Assembly: GCA_964016885.1 (NCBI GenBank)
Contig: OZ024743.1
Span: forward strand, 234,236,001 to 234,300,000
Reading direction: 5' to 3'
DNA length: 64,000 bases
Source: Eledone cirrhosa
Taxonomy: Eukaryota
Shown: piece after piece, positions 9,201-24,100 of the stretch
Position numbering within the stretch: the first letter of the stretch is position 1
How the letters are laid out: every line of letters starts with the position of its first letter
Position numbers and translations under genes: made by a program
The notes under the pieces: model-generated
The model's input: the letters and a program-made list of their open reading frames with translations, nothing else
The model's database searches: none
What the model was told of the DNA's origin: nothing

Positions 9201-12200
9201 CCGGCGAATGGTGTGCTGCGAAGAAAACGAATCCAAAAATGACGATTTGCCGGCGGAGTTACCTTTTCAATCGCGGGCCGGCCGCCCGTGGTCGGATCGA
9301 TCTGTAATTACTGGTAGATGTGCAGACACTCATTGGCTATGGGTGGCGTGAATTTCAGCAAGATATCTCCGTAAAATCAATAGTTGTGGCTGTGGAACCA
9401 AACCGTGTTAAACGTCAGCAAAGTCCGCCGGCGAATGGTGTGCTTCGAAGAAAACGAATCCAAAAATGACGATTTGCCGGCGGAGTTACCTTTTCAATCG
9501 CGGGCCGGCCGCCCGTGGTCGGATCGATCTGTAATTACTGGTACCTGTGCAGACACTCATTGGCTATGGGTGGCGTGAATTTCAGCAAGATATCTCCGTA
9601 AAATCAATAGTTGTGGCTGTGGAACCAAACCGTGTTAAACGTCAGCAAAGTCCGCCGGCGAATGGTGTGCTTCGAAGAAAACGAATCCAAAAATGACGAT
9701 TTGCCGGCGGAGTTACCTTTTCAATCGCGGCCCGGCCGCCCGTGGTCGGATCGATCTGTAATTACTGGTACATGTGCAGACACTCATTGGCTATGTGTGG
9801 CGTGAATTTCAGCAAGATATCTCCGTAAAATCAATAGTTGTGGCTGTGGAACCAAACCGTGTTAAACGTCAACAAAGTCCGCCGGCGAATGGTGTGCTTC
9901 GAAGAAAACGAATCCAAAAATGACGATTTGCCGGCGGAGTTACCTTTTCTATCGCGGGCCGGCCGCCCGTGGTCGGATCGATCTGTAATTACTGGTACAT
10001 GTGCAGACACTCATTGGCTATGTGTGGCGTGAATTTCAGCAAGATATCTCCGTAAAATCAATAGTTGTGGCTGTGGAACCAAACCGTGTTAAACGTCAGC
10101 AAAGTCCGCCGGCGAATGGTGTGCTTCGAAGAAAACGAATCCAAAAATGACGATTTGCCGGCGGAGTTACCTTTTCAATCGCGGCCCGGCCGCCCGTGGT
10201 CGGATCGATCTGTAATTACTGGTACATGTGCAGACACTCATTGGCTATGTGTGGCGTGAATTTCAGCAAGATATCTCCGTAAAATCAATAGTTGTGGCTG
10301 TGGAACCAAACCGTGTTAAACGTCAACAAAGTCCGCCGGCGAATGGTGTGCTTCGAAGAAAACGAATCCAAAAATGACGATTTGCCGGCGGAGTTACCTT
10401 TTCAATCGCGGGCCGGCCGCCCGTGGTCGGATCGATCTGTAATTACTGGTACATGTGCAGACACTCATTGGCTATGTGTGGCGTGAATTTCAGCAAGATA
10501 TCTCCGTAAAATCAATAGTTGTGGCTGTGGAACCAAACCGTGTTAAACGTCAACAAAGTCCGCCGGCGAATGGTGTGCTTCGAAGAAAACGAATCCAAAA
10601 ATGACGATTTGCCGGCGGAGTTACCTTTTCAATCGCGGGCCGGCCGCCCGTGGTCGGATCGATCTGTAATTACTGGTACATGTGCAGACACTCATTGGCT
10701 ATGTGTGGCGTGAATTTCAGCAAGATATCTCCGTAAAATCAATAGTTGTGGCTGTGGAACCAAACCGTGTTAAACGTCAGCAAAGTCCGCCGGCAAATGG
10801 TGTGCTTCGAAGAAAACGAATCCAAAAATGACGATTTGCCGGCGGAGTTACCTTTTCAATCGCGGGCCGGCCGCCCGTGGTCGGATCGATCTGTAATTAC
10901 TGGTACATGTGCAGACACTCATTGGCTATGTGTGGCGTGAATTTCAGCAAGATATCTCCGTAAAATCAATAGTTGTGGCTGTGGAACCAAACCGTGTTAA
11001 ACGTCAGCAAAGTCCGCCGGCGAATGGTGTGCTTCGAAGAAAACGAATCCAAAAATGACGATTTGCCGGCGGAGTTACTTTTTCAATCGCGGGCCGGCCG
11101 CCCGTGGTCGGATCGATCTGTAATTACTGGTAGATGTGCAGACACTCATTGGCTATGGGTGGCGTGAATTTCAGCAAGATATCTCCGTAAAATCAATAGT
11201 TGTGGCTGTGGAACCAAACCGTGTTAAACGTCAACAAAGTCCGCCGGCGAATGGTGTGCTTCGAAGAAAACGAATCCAAAAATGACGATTTGCCGGCGGA
11301 GTTACCTTTTCAATCGCGGGCCGGCCGCCCGTGGTCGGATCGATCTGTAATTACTGGTACATGTGCAGACACTCATTGGCTATGTGTGGCGTGAATTTCA
11401 GCAAGATATCTCCGTAAAATCAATAGTTGTGGCTGTGGAACCAAACCGTGTTAAACGTCAACAAAGTCCGCCGGCGAATGGTGTGCTTCGAAGAAAACGA
11501 ATCCAAAAATGACGATTTGCCGGCGGAGTTACCTTTTCTATCGCGGGCCGGCCGCCCGTGGTCGGATCGATCTGTAATTACTGGTACATGTGCAGACACT
11601 CATTGGCTATGTGTGGCGTGAATTTCAGCAAGATATCTCCGTAAAATCAATAGTTGTGGCTGTGGAACCAAACCGTGTTAAACGTCAGCAAAGTCCGCCG
11701 GCGAATGGTGTGCTTCGAAGAAAACGAATCCAAAAATGACGATTTGCCGGCGGAGTTACCTTTTCAATCGCGGGCCGGCCGCCCGTGGTCGGATCGATCT
11801 GTAATTACTGGTAGATGTGCAGACACTCATTGGCTATGGGTGGCGTGAATTTCAGCAAGATATCTCCGTAAAATCAATAGTTGTGGCTGTGGAACCAAAC
11901 CGTGTTAAACGTCAACAAAGTCCGCCGGCGAATGGTGTGCTTCGAAGAAAACGAATCCAAAAATGACGATTTGCCGGCGGAGTTACCTTTTCAATCGCGG
12001 GCCGGCCGCCCGTGGTCGGATCGATCTGTAATTACTGGTACATGTGCAGACACTCATTGGCTATGGGTGGCGTGAATTTCAGCAAGATATCTCCGTAAAA
12101 TCAATAGTTGTGGCTGTGGAACCAAACCGTGTTAAACGTCAACAAAGTCCGCCGGCGAATGGTGTGCTTCGAAGAAAACGAATCCAAAAATGACGATTTG

Positions 12201-15200
12201 CCGGCGGAGTTACCTTTTCAATCGCGGGCCGGCCGCCCGTGGTCGGATCGATCTGTAATTACTGGTACATGTGCAGACACTCATTGGCTATGTGTGGCGT
12301 GAATTTCAGCAAGATATCTCCGTAAAATCAATAGTTGTGGCTGTGGAACCAAACCGTGTTAAACGTCAGCAAAGTCCGCCGGCGAATGGTGTGCTTCGAA
12401 GAAAACGAATCCAAAAATGACGATTTGCCGGCGGAGTTACTTTTTCAATCGCGGGCCGGCCGCCCGTGGTCGGATCGATCTGTAATTACTGGTAGATGTG
12501 CAGACACTCATTGGCTATGGGTGGCGTGAATTTCAGCAAGATATCTCCGTAAAATCAATAGTTGTGGCTGTGGAACCAAACCGTGTTAAACGTCAACAAA
12601 GTCCGCCGGCGAATGGTGTGCTTCGAAGAAAACGAATCCAAAAATGACGATTTGCCGGCGGAGTTACCTTTTCAATCGCGGGCCGGCCGCCCGTGGTCGG
12701 ATCGATCTGTAATTACTGGTACCTGTGCAGACACTCATTGGCTATGGGTGGCGTGAATTTCAGCAAGATATCTCCGTAAAATCAATAGTTGTGGCTGTGG
12801 AACCAAACCGTGTTAAACGTCAACAAAGTCCGCCGGCGAATGGTGTGCTTCGAAGAAAACGAATCCAAAAATGACGATTTGCCGGCGGAGTTACCTTTTC
12901 AATCGCGGCCCGGCCGCCCGTGGTCGGATCGATCTGTAATTACTGGTACATGTGCAGACACTCATTGGCTATGTGTGGCGTGAATTTCAGCAAGATATCT
13001 CCGTAAAATCAATAGTTGTGGCTGTGGAACCAAACCGTGTTAAACGTCAACAAAGTCCGCCGGCGAATGGTGTGCTTCGAAGAAAACGAATCCAAAAATG
13101 ACGATTTGCCGGCGGAGTTACCTTTTCAATCGCGGGCCGGCCGCCCGTGGTCGGATCGATCTGTAATTACTGGTACATGTGCAGACACTCATTGGCTATG
13201 GGTGGCGTGAATTTCAGCAAGATATCTCCGTAAAATCAATAGTTGTGGCTGTGGAACCAAACCGTGTTAAACGTCAACAAAGTCCGCCGGCGAATGGTGT
13301 GCTTCGAAGAAAACGAATCCAAAAATGACGATTTGCCGGCGGAGTTACCTTTTCAATCGCGGGCCGGCCGCCCGTGGTCGGATCGATCTGTAATTACTGG
13401 TACATGTGCAGACACTCATTGGCTATGTGTGGCGTGAATTTCAGCAAGATATCTCCGTAAAATCAATAGTTGTGGCTGTGGAACCAAACCGTGTTAAACG
13501 TCAACAAAGTCCGCCGGCGAATGGTGTGCTTCGAAGAAAACGAATCCAAAAATGACGATTTGCCGGCGGAGTTACCTTTTCAATCGCGGGCCGGCCGCCC
13601 GTGGTCGGATCGATCTGTAATTACTGGTACCTGTGCAGACACTCATTGGCTATGGGTGGCGTGAATTTCAGCAAGATATCTCCGTAAAATCAATAGTTGT
13701 GGCTGTGGAACCAAACCGTGTTAAACGTCAACAAAGTCCGCCGGCGAATGGTGTGCTTCGAAGAAAACGAATCCAAAAATGACGATTTGCCGGCGGAGTT
13801 ACCTTTTCAATCGCGGGCCGGCCGCCCGTGGTCGGATCGATCTGTAATTACTGGTAGATGTGCAGACACTCATTGGCTATGGGTGGCGTGAATTTCAGCA
13901 AGATATCTCCGTAAAATCAATAGTTGTGGCTGTGGAACCAAACCGTGTTAAACGTCAGCAAAGTCCGCCGGCGAATGGTGTGCTTCGAAGAAAACGAATC
14001 CAAAAATGACGATTTGCCGGCGGAGTTACCTTTTCAATCGCGGCCCGGCCGCCCGTGGTCGGATCGATCTGTAATTACTGGTACATGTGCAGACACTCAT
14101 TGGCTATGTGTGGCGTGAATTTCAGCAAGATATCTCCGTAAAATCAATAGTTGTGGCTGTGGAACCAAACCGTGTTAAACGTCAACAAAGTCCGCCGGCG
14201 AATGGTGTGCTTCGAAGAAAACGAATCCAAAAATGACGATTTGCCGGCGGAGTTACCTTTTCAATCGCGGGCCGGCCGCCCGTGGTCGGATCGATCTGTA
14301 ATTACTGGTACATGTGCAGACACTCATTGGCTATGTGTGGCGTGAATTTCAGCAAGATATCTCCGTAAAATCAATAGTTGTGGCTGTGGAACCAAACCGT
14401 GTTAAACGTCAGCAAAGTCCGCCGGCGAATGGTGTGCTTCGAAGAAAACGAATCCAAAAATGACGATTTGCCGGCGGAGTTACCTTTTCAATCGCGGGCC
14501 GGCCGCCCGTGGTCGGATCGATCTGTAATTACTGGTAGATGTGCAGACACTCATTGGCTATGGGTGGCGTGAATTTCAGCAAGATATCTCCGTAAAATCA
14601 ATAGTTGTGGCTGTGGAACCAAACCGTGTTAAACGCCAGCAAAGTCCGCCGGCGAATGGTGTGCTTCGAAGAAAACGAATCCAAAAATGACGATTTGCCG
14701 GCGGAGTTACCTTTTCAATCGCGGGCCGGCCGCCCGTGGTCGGATCGATCTGTAATTACTGGTACCTGTGCAGACACTCATTGGCTATGGGTGGCGTGAA
14801 TTTCAGCAAGATATCTCCGTAAAATCAATAGTTGTGGCTGTGGAACCAAACCGTGTTAAACGTCAACAAAGTCCGCCGGCGAATGGTGTGCTTCGAAGAA
14901 AACGAATCCAAAAATGACGATTTGCCGGCGGAGTTACCTTTTCAATCGCGGGCCGGCCGCCCGTGGTCGGATCGATCTGTAATTACTGGTACATGTGCAG
15001 ACACTCATTGGCTATGTGTGGCGTGAATTTCAGCAAGATATCTCCGTAAAATCAATAGTTGTGGCTGTGGAACCAAACCGTGTTAAACGTCAGCAAAGTC
15101 CGCCGGCGAATGGTGTGCTTCGAAGAAAACGAATCCAAAAATGACGATTTGCCGGCGGAGTTACCTTTTCAATCGCGGGCCGGCCGCCCGTGGTCGGATC

Positions 15201-18200
15201 GATCTGTAATTACTGGTAGATGTGCAGACACTCATTGGCTATGGGTGGCGTGAATTTCAGCAAGATATCTCCGTAAAATCAATAGTTGTGGCTGTGGAAC
15301 CAAACCGTGTTAAACGTCAGCAAAGTCCGCCGGCGAATGGTGTGCTTCGAAGAAAACGAATCCAAAAATGACGATTTGCCGGCGGAGTTACCTTTTCAAT
15401 CGCGGGCCGGCCGCCCGTGGTCGGATCGATCTGTAATTACTGGTACCTGTGCAGACACTCATTGGCTATGGGTGGCGTGAATTTCAGCAAGATATCTCCG
15501 TAAAATCAATAGTTGTGGCTGTGGAACCAAACCGTGTTAAACGTCAGCAAAGTCCGCCGGCGAATGGTGTGCTTCGAAGAAAACGAATCCAAAAATGACG
15601 ATTTGCCGGCGGAGTTACCTTTTCAATCGCGGCCCGGCCGCCCGTGGTCGGATCGATCTGTAATTACTGGTACATGTGCAGACACTCATTGGCTATGTGT
15701 GGCGTGAATTTCAGCAAGATATCTCCGTAAAATCAATAGTTGTGGCTGTGGAACCAAACCGTGTTAAACGTCAACAAAGTCCGCCGGCGAATGGTGTGCT
15801 TCGAAGAAAACGAATCCAAAAATGACGATTTGCCGGCGGAGTTACCTTTTCTATCGCGGGCCGGCCGCCCGTGGTCGGATCGATCTGTAATTACTGGTAC
15901 ATGTGCAGACACTCATTGGCTATGTGTGGCGTGAATTTCAGCAAGATATCTCCGTAAAATCAATAGTTGTGGCTGTGGAACCAAACCGTGTTAAACGTCA
16001 GCAAAGTCCGCCGGCGAATGGTGTGCTTCGAAGAAAACGAATCCAAAAATGACGATTTGCCGGCGGAGTTACCTTTTCAATCGCGGCCCGGCCGCCCGTG
16101 GTCGGATCGATCTGTAATTACTGGTACATGTGCAGACACTCATTGGCTATGTGTGGCGTGAATTTCAGCAAGATATCTCCGTAAAATCAATAGTTGTGGC
16201 TGTGGAACCAAACCGTGTTAAACGTCAACAAAGTCCGCCGGCGAATGGTGTGCTTCGAAGAAAACGAATCCAAAAATGACGATTTGCCGGCGGAGTTACC
16301 TTTTCAATCGCGGGCCGGCCGCCCGTGGTCGGATCGATCTGTAATTACTGGTACATGTGCAGACACTCATTGGCTATGTGTGGCGTGAATTTCAGCAAGA
16401 TATCTCCGTAAAATCAATAGTTGTGGCTGTGGAACCAAACCGTGTTAAACGTCAGCAAAGTCCGCCGGCGAATGGTGTGCTTCGAAGAAAACGAATCCAA
16501 AAATGACGATTTGCCGGCGGAGTTACCTTTTCAATCGCGGGCCGGCCGCCCGTGGTCGGATCGATCTGTAATTACTGGTAGATGTGCAGACACTCATTGG
16601 CTATGGGTGGCGTGAATTTCAGCAAGATATCTCCGTAAAATCAATAGTTGTGGCTGTGGAACCAAACCGTGTTAAACGTCAGCAAAGTCCGCCGGCGAAT
16701 GGTGTGCTTCGAAGAAAACGAATCCAAAAATGACGATTTGCCGGCGGAGTTACCTTTTCAATCGCGGGCCGGCCGCCCGTGGTCGGATCGATCTGTAATT
16801 ACTGGTACCTGTGCAGACACTCATTGGCTATGGGTGGCGTGAATTTCAGCAAGATATCTCCGTAAAATCAATAGTTGTGGCTGTGGAACCAAACCGTGTT
16901 AAACGTCAACAAAGTCCGCCGGCGAATGGTGTGCTTCGAAGAAAACGAATCCAAAAATGACGATTTGCCGGCGGAGTTACCTTTTCAATCGCGGGCCGGC
17001 CGCCCGTGGTCGGATCGATCTGTAATTACTGGTACATGTGCAGACACTCATTGGCTATGTGTGGCGTGAATTTCAGCAAGATATCTCCGTAAAATCAATA
17101 GTTGTGGCTGTGGAACCAAACCGTGTTAAACGTCAGCAAAGTCCGCCGGCGAATGGTGTGCTTCGAAGAAAACGAATCCAAAAATGACGATTTGCCGGCG
17201 GAGTTACCTTTTCAATCGCGGGCCGGCCGCCCGTGGTCGGATCGATCTGTAATTACTGGTAGATGTGCAGACACTCATTGGCTATGGGTGGCGTGAATTT
17301 CAGCAAGATATCTCCGTAAAATCAATAGTTGTGGCTGTGGAACCAAACCGTGTTAAACGTCAGCAAAGTCCGCCGGCGAATGGTGTGCTTCGAAGAAAAC
17401 GAATCCAAAAATGACGATTTGCCGGCGGAGTTACCTTTTCAATCGCGGGCCGGCCGCCCGTGGTCGGATCGATCTGTAATTACTGGTACCTGTGCAGACA
17501 CTCATTGGCTATGGGTGGCGTGAATTTCAGCAAGATATCTCCGTAAAATCAATAGTTGTGGCTGTGGAACCAAACCGTGTTAAACGTCAGCAAAGTCCGC
17601 CGGCGAATGGTGTGCTTCGAAGAAAACGAATCCAAAAATGACGATTTGCCGGCGGAGTTACCTTTTCAATCGCGGCCCGGCCGCCCGTGGTCGGATCGAT
17701 CTGTAATTACTGGTACATGTGCAGACACTCATTGGCTATGTGTGGCGTGAATTTCAGCAAGATATCTCCGTAAAATCAATAGTTGTGGCTGTGGAACCAA
17801 ACCGTGTTAAACGTCAGCAAAGTCCGCCGGCGAATGGTGTGCTTCGAAGAAAACGAATCCAAAAATGACGATTTGCCGGCGGAGTTACCTTTTCAATCGC
17901 GGGCCGGCCGCCCGTGGTCGGATCGATCTGTAATTACTGGTAGATGTGCAGACACTCATTGGCTATGGGTGGCGTGAATTTCAGCAAGATATCTCCGTAA
18001 AATCAATAGTTGTGGCTGTGGAACCAAACCGTGTTAAACGTCAGCAAAGTCCGCCGGCGAATGGTGTGCTTCGAAGAAAACGAATCCAAAAATGACGATT
18101 TGCCGGCGGAGTTACCTTTTCAATCGCGGGCCGGCCGCCCGTGGTCGGATCGATCTGTAATTACTGGTACCTGTGCAGACACTCATTGGCTATGGGTGGC

Positions 18201-21187
18201 GTGAATTTCAGCAAGATATCTCCGTAAAATCAATAGTTGTGGCTGTGGAACCAAACCGTGTTAAACGTCAGCAAAGTCCGCCGGCGAATGGTGTGCTTCG
18301 AAGAAAACGAATCCAAAAATGACGATTTGCCGGCGGAGTTACCTTTTCAATCGCGGGCCGGCCGCCCGTGGTCGGATCGATCTGTAATTACTGGTACATG
18401 TGCAGACACTCATTGGCTATGTGTGGCGTGAATTTCAGCAAGATATCTCCGTAAAATCAATAGTTGTGGCTGTGGAACCAAACCGTGTTAAACGTCAGCA
18501 AAGTCCGCCGGCGAATGGTGTGCTTCGAAGAAAACGAATCCAAAAATGACGATTTGCCGGCGGAGTTACCTTTTCAATCGCGGGCCGGCCGCCCGTGGTC
18601 GGATCGATCTGTAATTACTGGTAGATGTGCAGACACTCATTGGCTATGGGTGGCGTGAATTTCAGCAAGATATCTCCGTAAAATCAATAGTTGTGGCTGT
18701 GGAACCAAACCGTGTTAAACGTCAGCAAAGTCCGCCGGCGAATGGTGTGCTTCGAAGAAAACGAATCCAAAAATGACGATTTGCCGGCGGAGTTACCTTT
18801 TCAATCGCGGGCCGGCCGCCCGTGGTCGGATCGATCTGTAATTACTGGTACCTGTGCAGACACTCATTGGCTATGGGTGGCGTGAATTTCAGCAAGATAT
18901 CTCCGTAAAATCAATAGTTGTGGCTGTGGAACCAAACCGTGTTAAACGTCAACAAAGTCCGCCGGCGAATGGTGTGCTTCGAAGAAAACGAATCCAAAAA
19001 TGACGATTTGCCGGCGGAGTTACCTTTTCAATCGCGGGCCGGCCGCCCGTGGTCGGATCGATCTGTAATTACTGGTACATGTGCAGACACTCATTGGCTA
19101 TGTGTGGCGTGAATTTCAGCAAGATATCTCCGTAAAATCAATAGTTGTGGCTGTGGAACCAAACCGTGTTAAACGTCAGCAAAGTCCGCCGGCGAATGGT
19201 GTGCTTCGAAGAAAACGAATCCAAAAATGACGATTTGCCGGCGGAGTTACCTTTTCAATCGCGGGCCGGCCGCCCGTGGTCGGATCGATCTGTAATTACT
19301 GGTACATGTGCAGACACTCATTGGCTATGTGTGGCGTGAATTTCAGCAAGATATCTCCGTAAAATCAATAGTTGTGGCTGTGGAACCAAACCGTGTTAAA
19401 CGTCAGCAAAGTCCGCCGGCGAATGGTGTGCTTCGAAGAAAACGAATCCAAAAATGACGATTTGCCGGCGGAGTTACCTTTTCAATCGCGGGCCGGCCGC
19501 CCGTGGTCGGATCGATCTGTAATTACTGGTAGATGTGCAGACACTCATTGGCTATGGGTGGCGTGAATTTCAGCAAGATATCTCCGTAAAATCAATAGTT
19601 GTGGCTGTGGAACCAAACCGTGTTAAACGTCAGCAAAGTCCGCCGGCGAATGGTGTGCTTCGAAGAAAACGAATCCAAAAATGACGATTTGCCGGCGGAG
19701 TTACCTTTTCAATCGCGGGCCGGCCGCCCGTGGTCGGATCGATCTGTAATTACTGGTACCTGTGCAGACACTCATTGGCTATGGGTGGCGTGAATTTCAG
19801 CAAGATATCTCCGTAAAATCAATAGTTGTGGCTGTGGAACCAAACCGTGTTAAACGTCAACAAAGTCCGCCGGCGAATGGTGTGCTTCGAAGAAAACGAA
19901 TCCAAAAATGACGATTTGCCGGCGGAGTTACCTTTTCAATCGCGGGCCGGCCGCCCGTGGTCGGATCGATCTGTAATTACTGGTACATGTGCAGACACTC
20001 ATTGGCTATGTGTGGCGTGAATTTCAGCAAGATATCTCCGTAAAATCAATAGTTGTGGCTGTGGAACCAAACCGTGTTAAACGTCAGCAAAGTCCGCCGG
20101 CGAATGGTGTGCTTCGAAGAAAACGAATCCAAAAATGACGATTTGCCGGCGGAGTTACCTTTTCAATCGCGGGCCGGCCGCCCGTGGTCGGATCGATCTG
20201 TAATTACTGGTAGATGTGCAGACACTCATTGGCTATGGGTGGCGTGAATTTCAGCAAGATATCTCCGTAAAATCAATAGTTGTGGCTGTGGAACCAAACC
20301 GTGTTAAACGTCAGCAAAGTCCGCCGGCGAATGGTGTGCTTCGAAGAAAACGAATCCAAAAATGACGATTTGCCGGCGGAGTTACCTTTTCAATCGCGGG
20401 CCGGCCGCCCGTGGTCGGATCGATCTGTAATTACTGGTACCTGTGCAGACACTCATTGGCTATGGGTGGCGTGAATTTCAGCAAGATATCTCCGTAAAAT
20501 CAATAGTTGTGGCTGTGGAACCAAACCGTGTTAAACGTCAGCAAAGTCCGCCGGCGAATGGTGTGCTTCGAAGAAAACGAATCCAAAAATGACGATTTGC
20601 CGGCGGAGTTACCTTTTCAATCGCGGGCCGGCCGCCCGTGGTCGGATCGATCTGTAATTACTGGTAGATGTGCAGACACTCATTGGCTATGGGTGGCGTG
20701 AATTTCAGCAAGATATCTCCGTAAAATCAATAGTTGTGGCTGTGGAACCAAACCGTGTTAAACGTCAGCAAAGTCCGCCGGCGAATGGTGTGCTTCGAAG
20801 AAAACGAATCCAAAAATGACGATTTGCCGGCGGAGTTACCTTTTCAATCGCGGGCCGGCCGCCCGTGGTCGGATCGATCTGTAATTACTGGTACCTGTGC
20901 AGACACTCATTGGCTATGGGTGGCGTGAATTTCAGCAAGATATCTCCGTAAAATCAATAGTTGTGGCTGTGGAACCAAACCGTGTTAAACGTCAACAAAG
21001 TCCGCCGGCGAATGGTGTGCTTCGAAGAAAACGAATCCAAAAATGACGATTTGCCGGCGGAGTTACCTTTTCAATCGCGGGCCGGCCGCCCGTGGTCGGA
21101 TCGATCTGTAATTACTGGTAGATGTGCAGACACTCATTGGCTATGGGTGGCGTGAATTTCAGCAAGATATCTCCGTAAAATCAATAG

Positions 21188-24100
21188 TTGTGGCTGTGGA
21201 ACCAAACCGTGTTAAACGTCAACAAAGTCCGCCGGCGAATGGTGTGCTTCGAAGAAAACGAATCCAAAAATGACGATTTGCCGGCGGAGTTACCTTTTCT
21301 ATCGCGGGCCGGCCGCCCGTGGTCGGATCGATCTGTAATTACTGGTACATGTGCAGACACTCATTGGCTATGTGTGGCGTGAATTTCAGCAAGATATCTC
21401 CGTAAAATCAATAGTTGTGGCTGTGGAACCAAACCGTGTTAAACGTCAGCAAAGTCCGCCGGCGAATGGTGTGCTTCGAAGAAAACGAATCCAAAAATGA
21501 CGATTTGCCGGCGGAGTTACCTTTTCAATCGCGGGCCGGCCGCCCGTGGTCGGATCGATCTGTAATTACTGGTAGATGTGCAGACACTCATTGGCTATGG
21601 GTGGCGTGAATTTCAGCAAGATATCTCCGTAAAATCAATAGTTGTGGCTGTGGAACCAAACCGTGTTAAACGTCAGCAAAGTCCGCCGGCGAATGGTGTG
21701 CTTCGAAGAAAACGAATCCAAAAATGACGATTTGCCGGCGGAGTTACCTTTTCAATCGCGGGCCGGCCGCCCGTGGTCGGATCGATCTGTAATTACTGGT
21801 ACCTGTGCAGACACTCATTGGCTATGGGTGGCGTGAATTTCAGCAAGATATCTCCGTAAAATCAATAGTTGTGGCTGTGGAACCAAACCGTGTTAAACGT
21901 CAACAAAGTCCGCCGGCGAATGGTGTGCTTCGAAGAAAACGAATCCAAAAATGACGATTTGCCGGCGGAGTTACCTTTTCAATCGCGGGCCGGCCGCCCG
22001 TGGTCGGATCGATCTGTAATTACTGGTACATGTGCAGACACTCATTGGCTATGTGTGGCGTGAATTTCAGCAAGATATCTCCGTAAAATCAATAGTTGTG
22101 GCTGTGGAACCAAACCGTGTTAAACGTCAGCAAAGTCCGCCGGCGAATGGTGTGCTTCGAAGAAAACGAATCCAAAAATGACGATTTGCCGGCGGAGTTA
22201 CCTTTTCAATCGCGGGCCGGCCGCCCGTGGTCGGATCGATCTGTAATTACTGGTAGATGTGCAGACACTCATTGGCTATGGGTGGCGTGAATTTCAGCAA
22301 GATATCTCCGTAAAATCAATAGTTGTGGCTGTGGAACCAAACCGTGTTAAACGTCAGCAAAGTCCGCCGGCGAATGGTGTGCTTCGAAGAAAACGAATCC
22401 AAAAATGACGATTTGCCGGCGGAGTTACCTTTTCAATCGCGGGCCGGCCGCCCGTGGTCGGATCGATCTGTAATTACTGGTACCTGTGCAGACACTCATT
22501 GGCTATGGGTGGCGTGAATTTCAGCAAGATATCTCCGTAAAATCAATAGTTGTGGCTGTGGAACCAAACCGTGTTAAACGTCAACAAAGTCCGCCGGCGA
22601 ATGGTGTGCTTCGAAGAAAACGAATCCAAAAATGACGATTTGCCGGCGGAGTTACCTTTTCTATCGCGGGCCGGCCGCCCGTGGTCGGATCGATCTGTAA
22701 TTACTGGTACATGTGCAGACACTCATTGGCTATGTGTGGCGTGAATTTCAGCAAGATATCTCCGTAAAATCAATAGTTGTGGCTGTGGAACCAAACCGTG
22801 TTAAACGTCAGCAAAGTCCGCCGGCGAATGGTGTGCTTCGAAGAAAACGAATCCAAAAATGACGATTTGCCGGCGGAGTTACCTTTTCAATCGCGGGCCG
22901 GCCGCCCGTGGTCGGATCGATCTGTAATTACTGGTAGATGTGCAGACACTCATTGGCTATGGGTGGCGTGAATTTCAGCAAGATATCTCCGTAAAATCAA
23001 TAGTTGTGGCTGTGGAACCAAACCGTGTTAAACGTCAGCAAAGTCCGCCGGCGAATGGTGTGCTTCGAAGAAAACGAATCCAAAAATGACGATTTGCCGG
23101 CGGAGTTACCTTTTCAATCGCGGGCCGGCCGCCCGTGGTCGGATCGATCTGTAATTACTGGTACCTGTGCAGACACTCATTGGCTATGGGTGGCGTGAAT
23201 TTCAGCAAGATATCTCCGTAAAATCAATAGTTGTGGCTGTGGAACCAAACCGTGTTAAACGTCAGCAAAGTCCGCCGGCGAATGGTGTGCTTCGAAGAAA
23301 ACGAATCCAAAAATGACGATTTGCCGGCGGAGTTACCTTTTCAATCGCGGGCCGGCCGCCCGTGGTCGGATCGATCTGTAATTACTGGTAGATGTGCAGA
23401 CACTCATTGGCTATGGGTGGCGTGAATTTCAGCAAGATATCTCCGTAAAATCAATAGTTGTGGCTGTGGAACCAAACCGTGTTAAACGTCAGCAAAGTCC
23501 GCCGGCGAATGGTGTGCTTCGAAGAAAACGAATCCAAAAATGACGATTTGCCGGCGGAGTTACCTTTTCAATCGCGGGCCGGCCGCCCGTGGTCGGATCG
23601 ATCTGTAATTACTGGTACCTGTGCAGACACTCATTGGCTATGGGTGGCGTGAATTTCAGCAAGATATCTCCGTAAAATCAATAGTTGTGGCTGTGGAACC
23701 AAACCGTGTTAAACGTCAACAAAGTCCGCCGGCGAATGGTGTGCTTCGAAGAAAACGAATCCAAAAATGACGATTTGCCGGCGGAGTTACCTTTTCAATC
23801 GCGGGCCGGCCGCCCGTGGTCGGATCGATCTGTAATTACTGGTAGATGTGCAGACACTCATTGGCTATGGGTGGCGTGAATTTCAGCAAGATATCTCCGT
23901 AAAATCAATAGTTGTGGCTGTGGAACCAAACCGTGTTAAACGTCAACAAAGTCCGCCGGCGAATGGTGTGCTTCGAAGAAAACGAATCCAAAAATGACGA
24001 TTTGCCGGCGGAGTTACCTTTTCTATCGCGGGCCGGCCGCCCGTGGTCGGATCGATCTGTAATTACTGGTACATGTGCAGACACTCATTGGCTATGTGTG

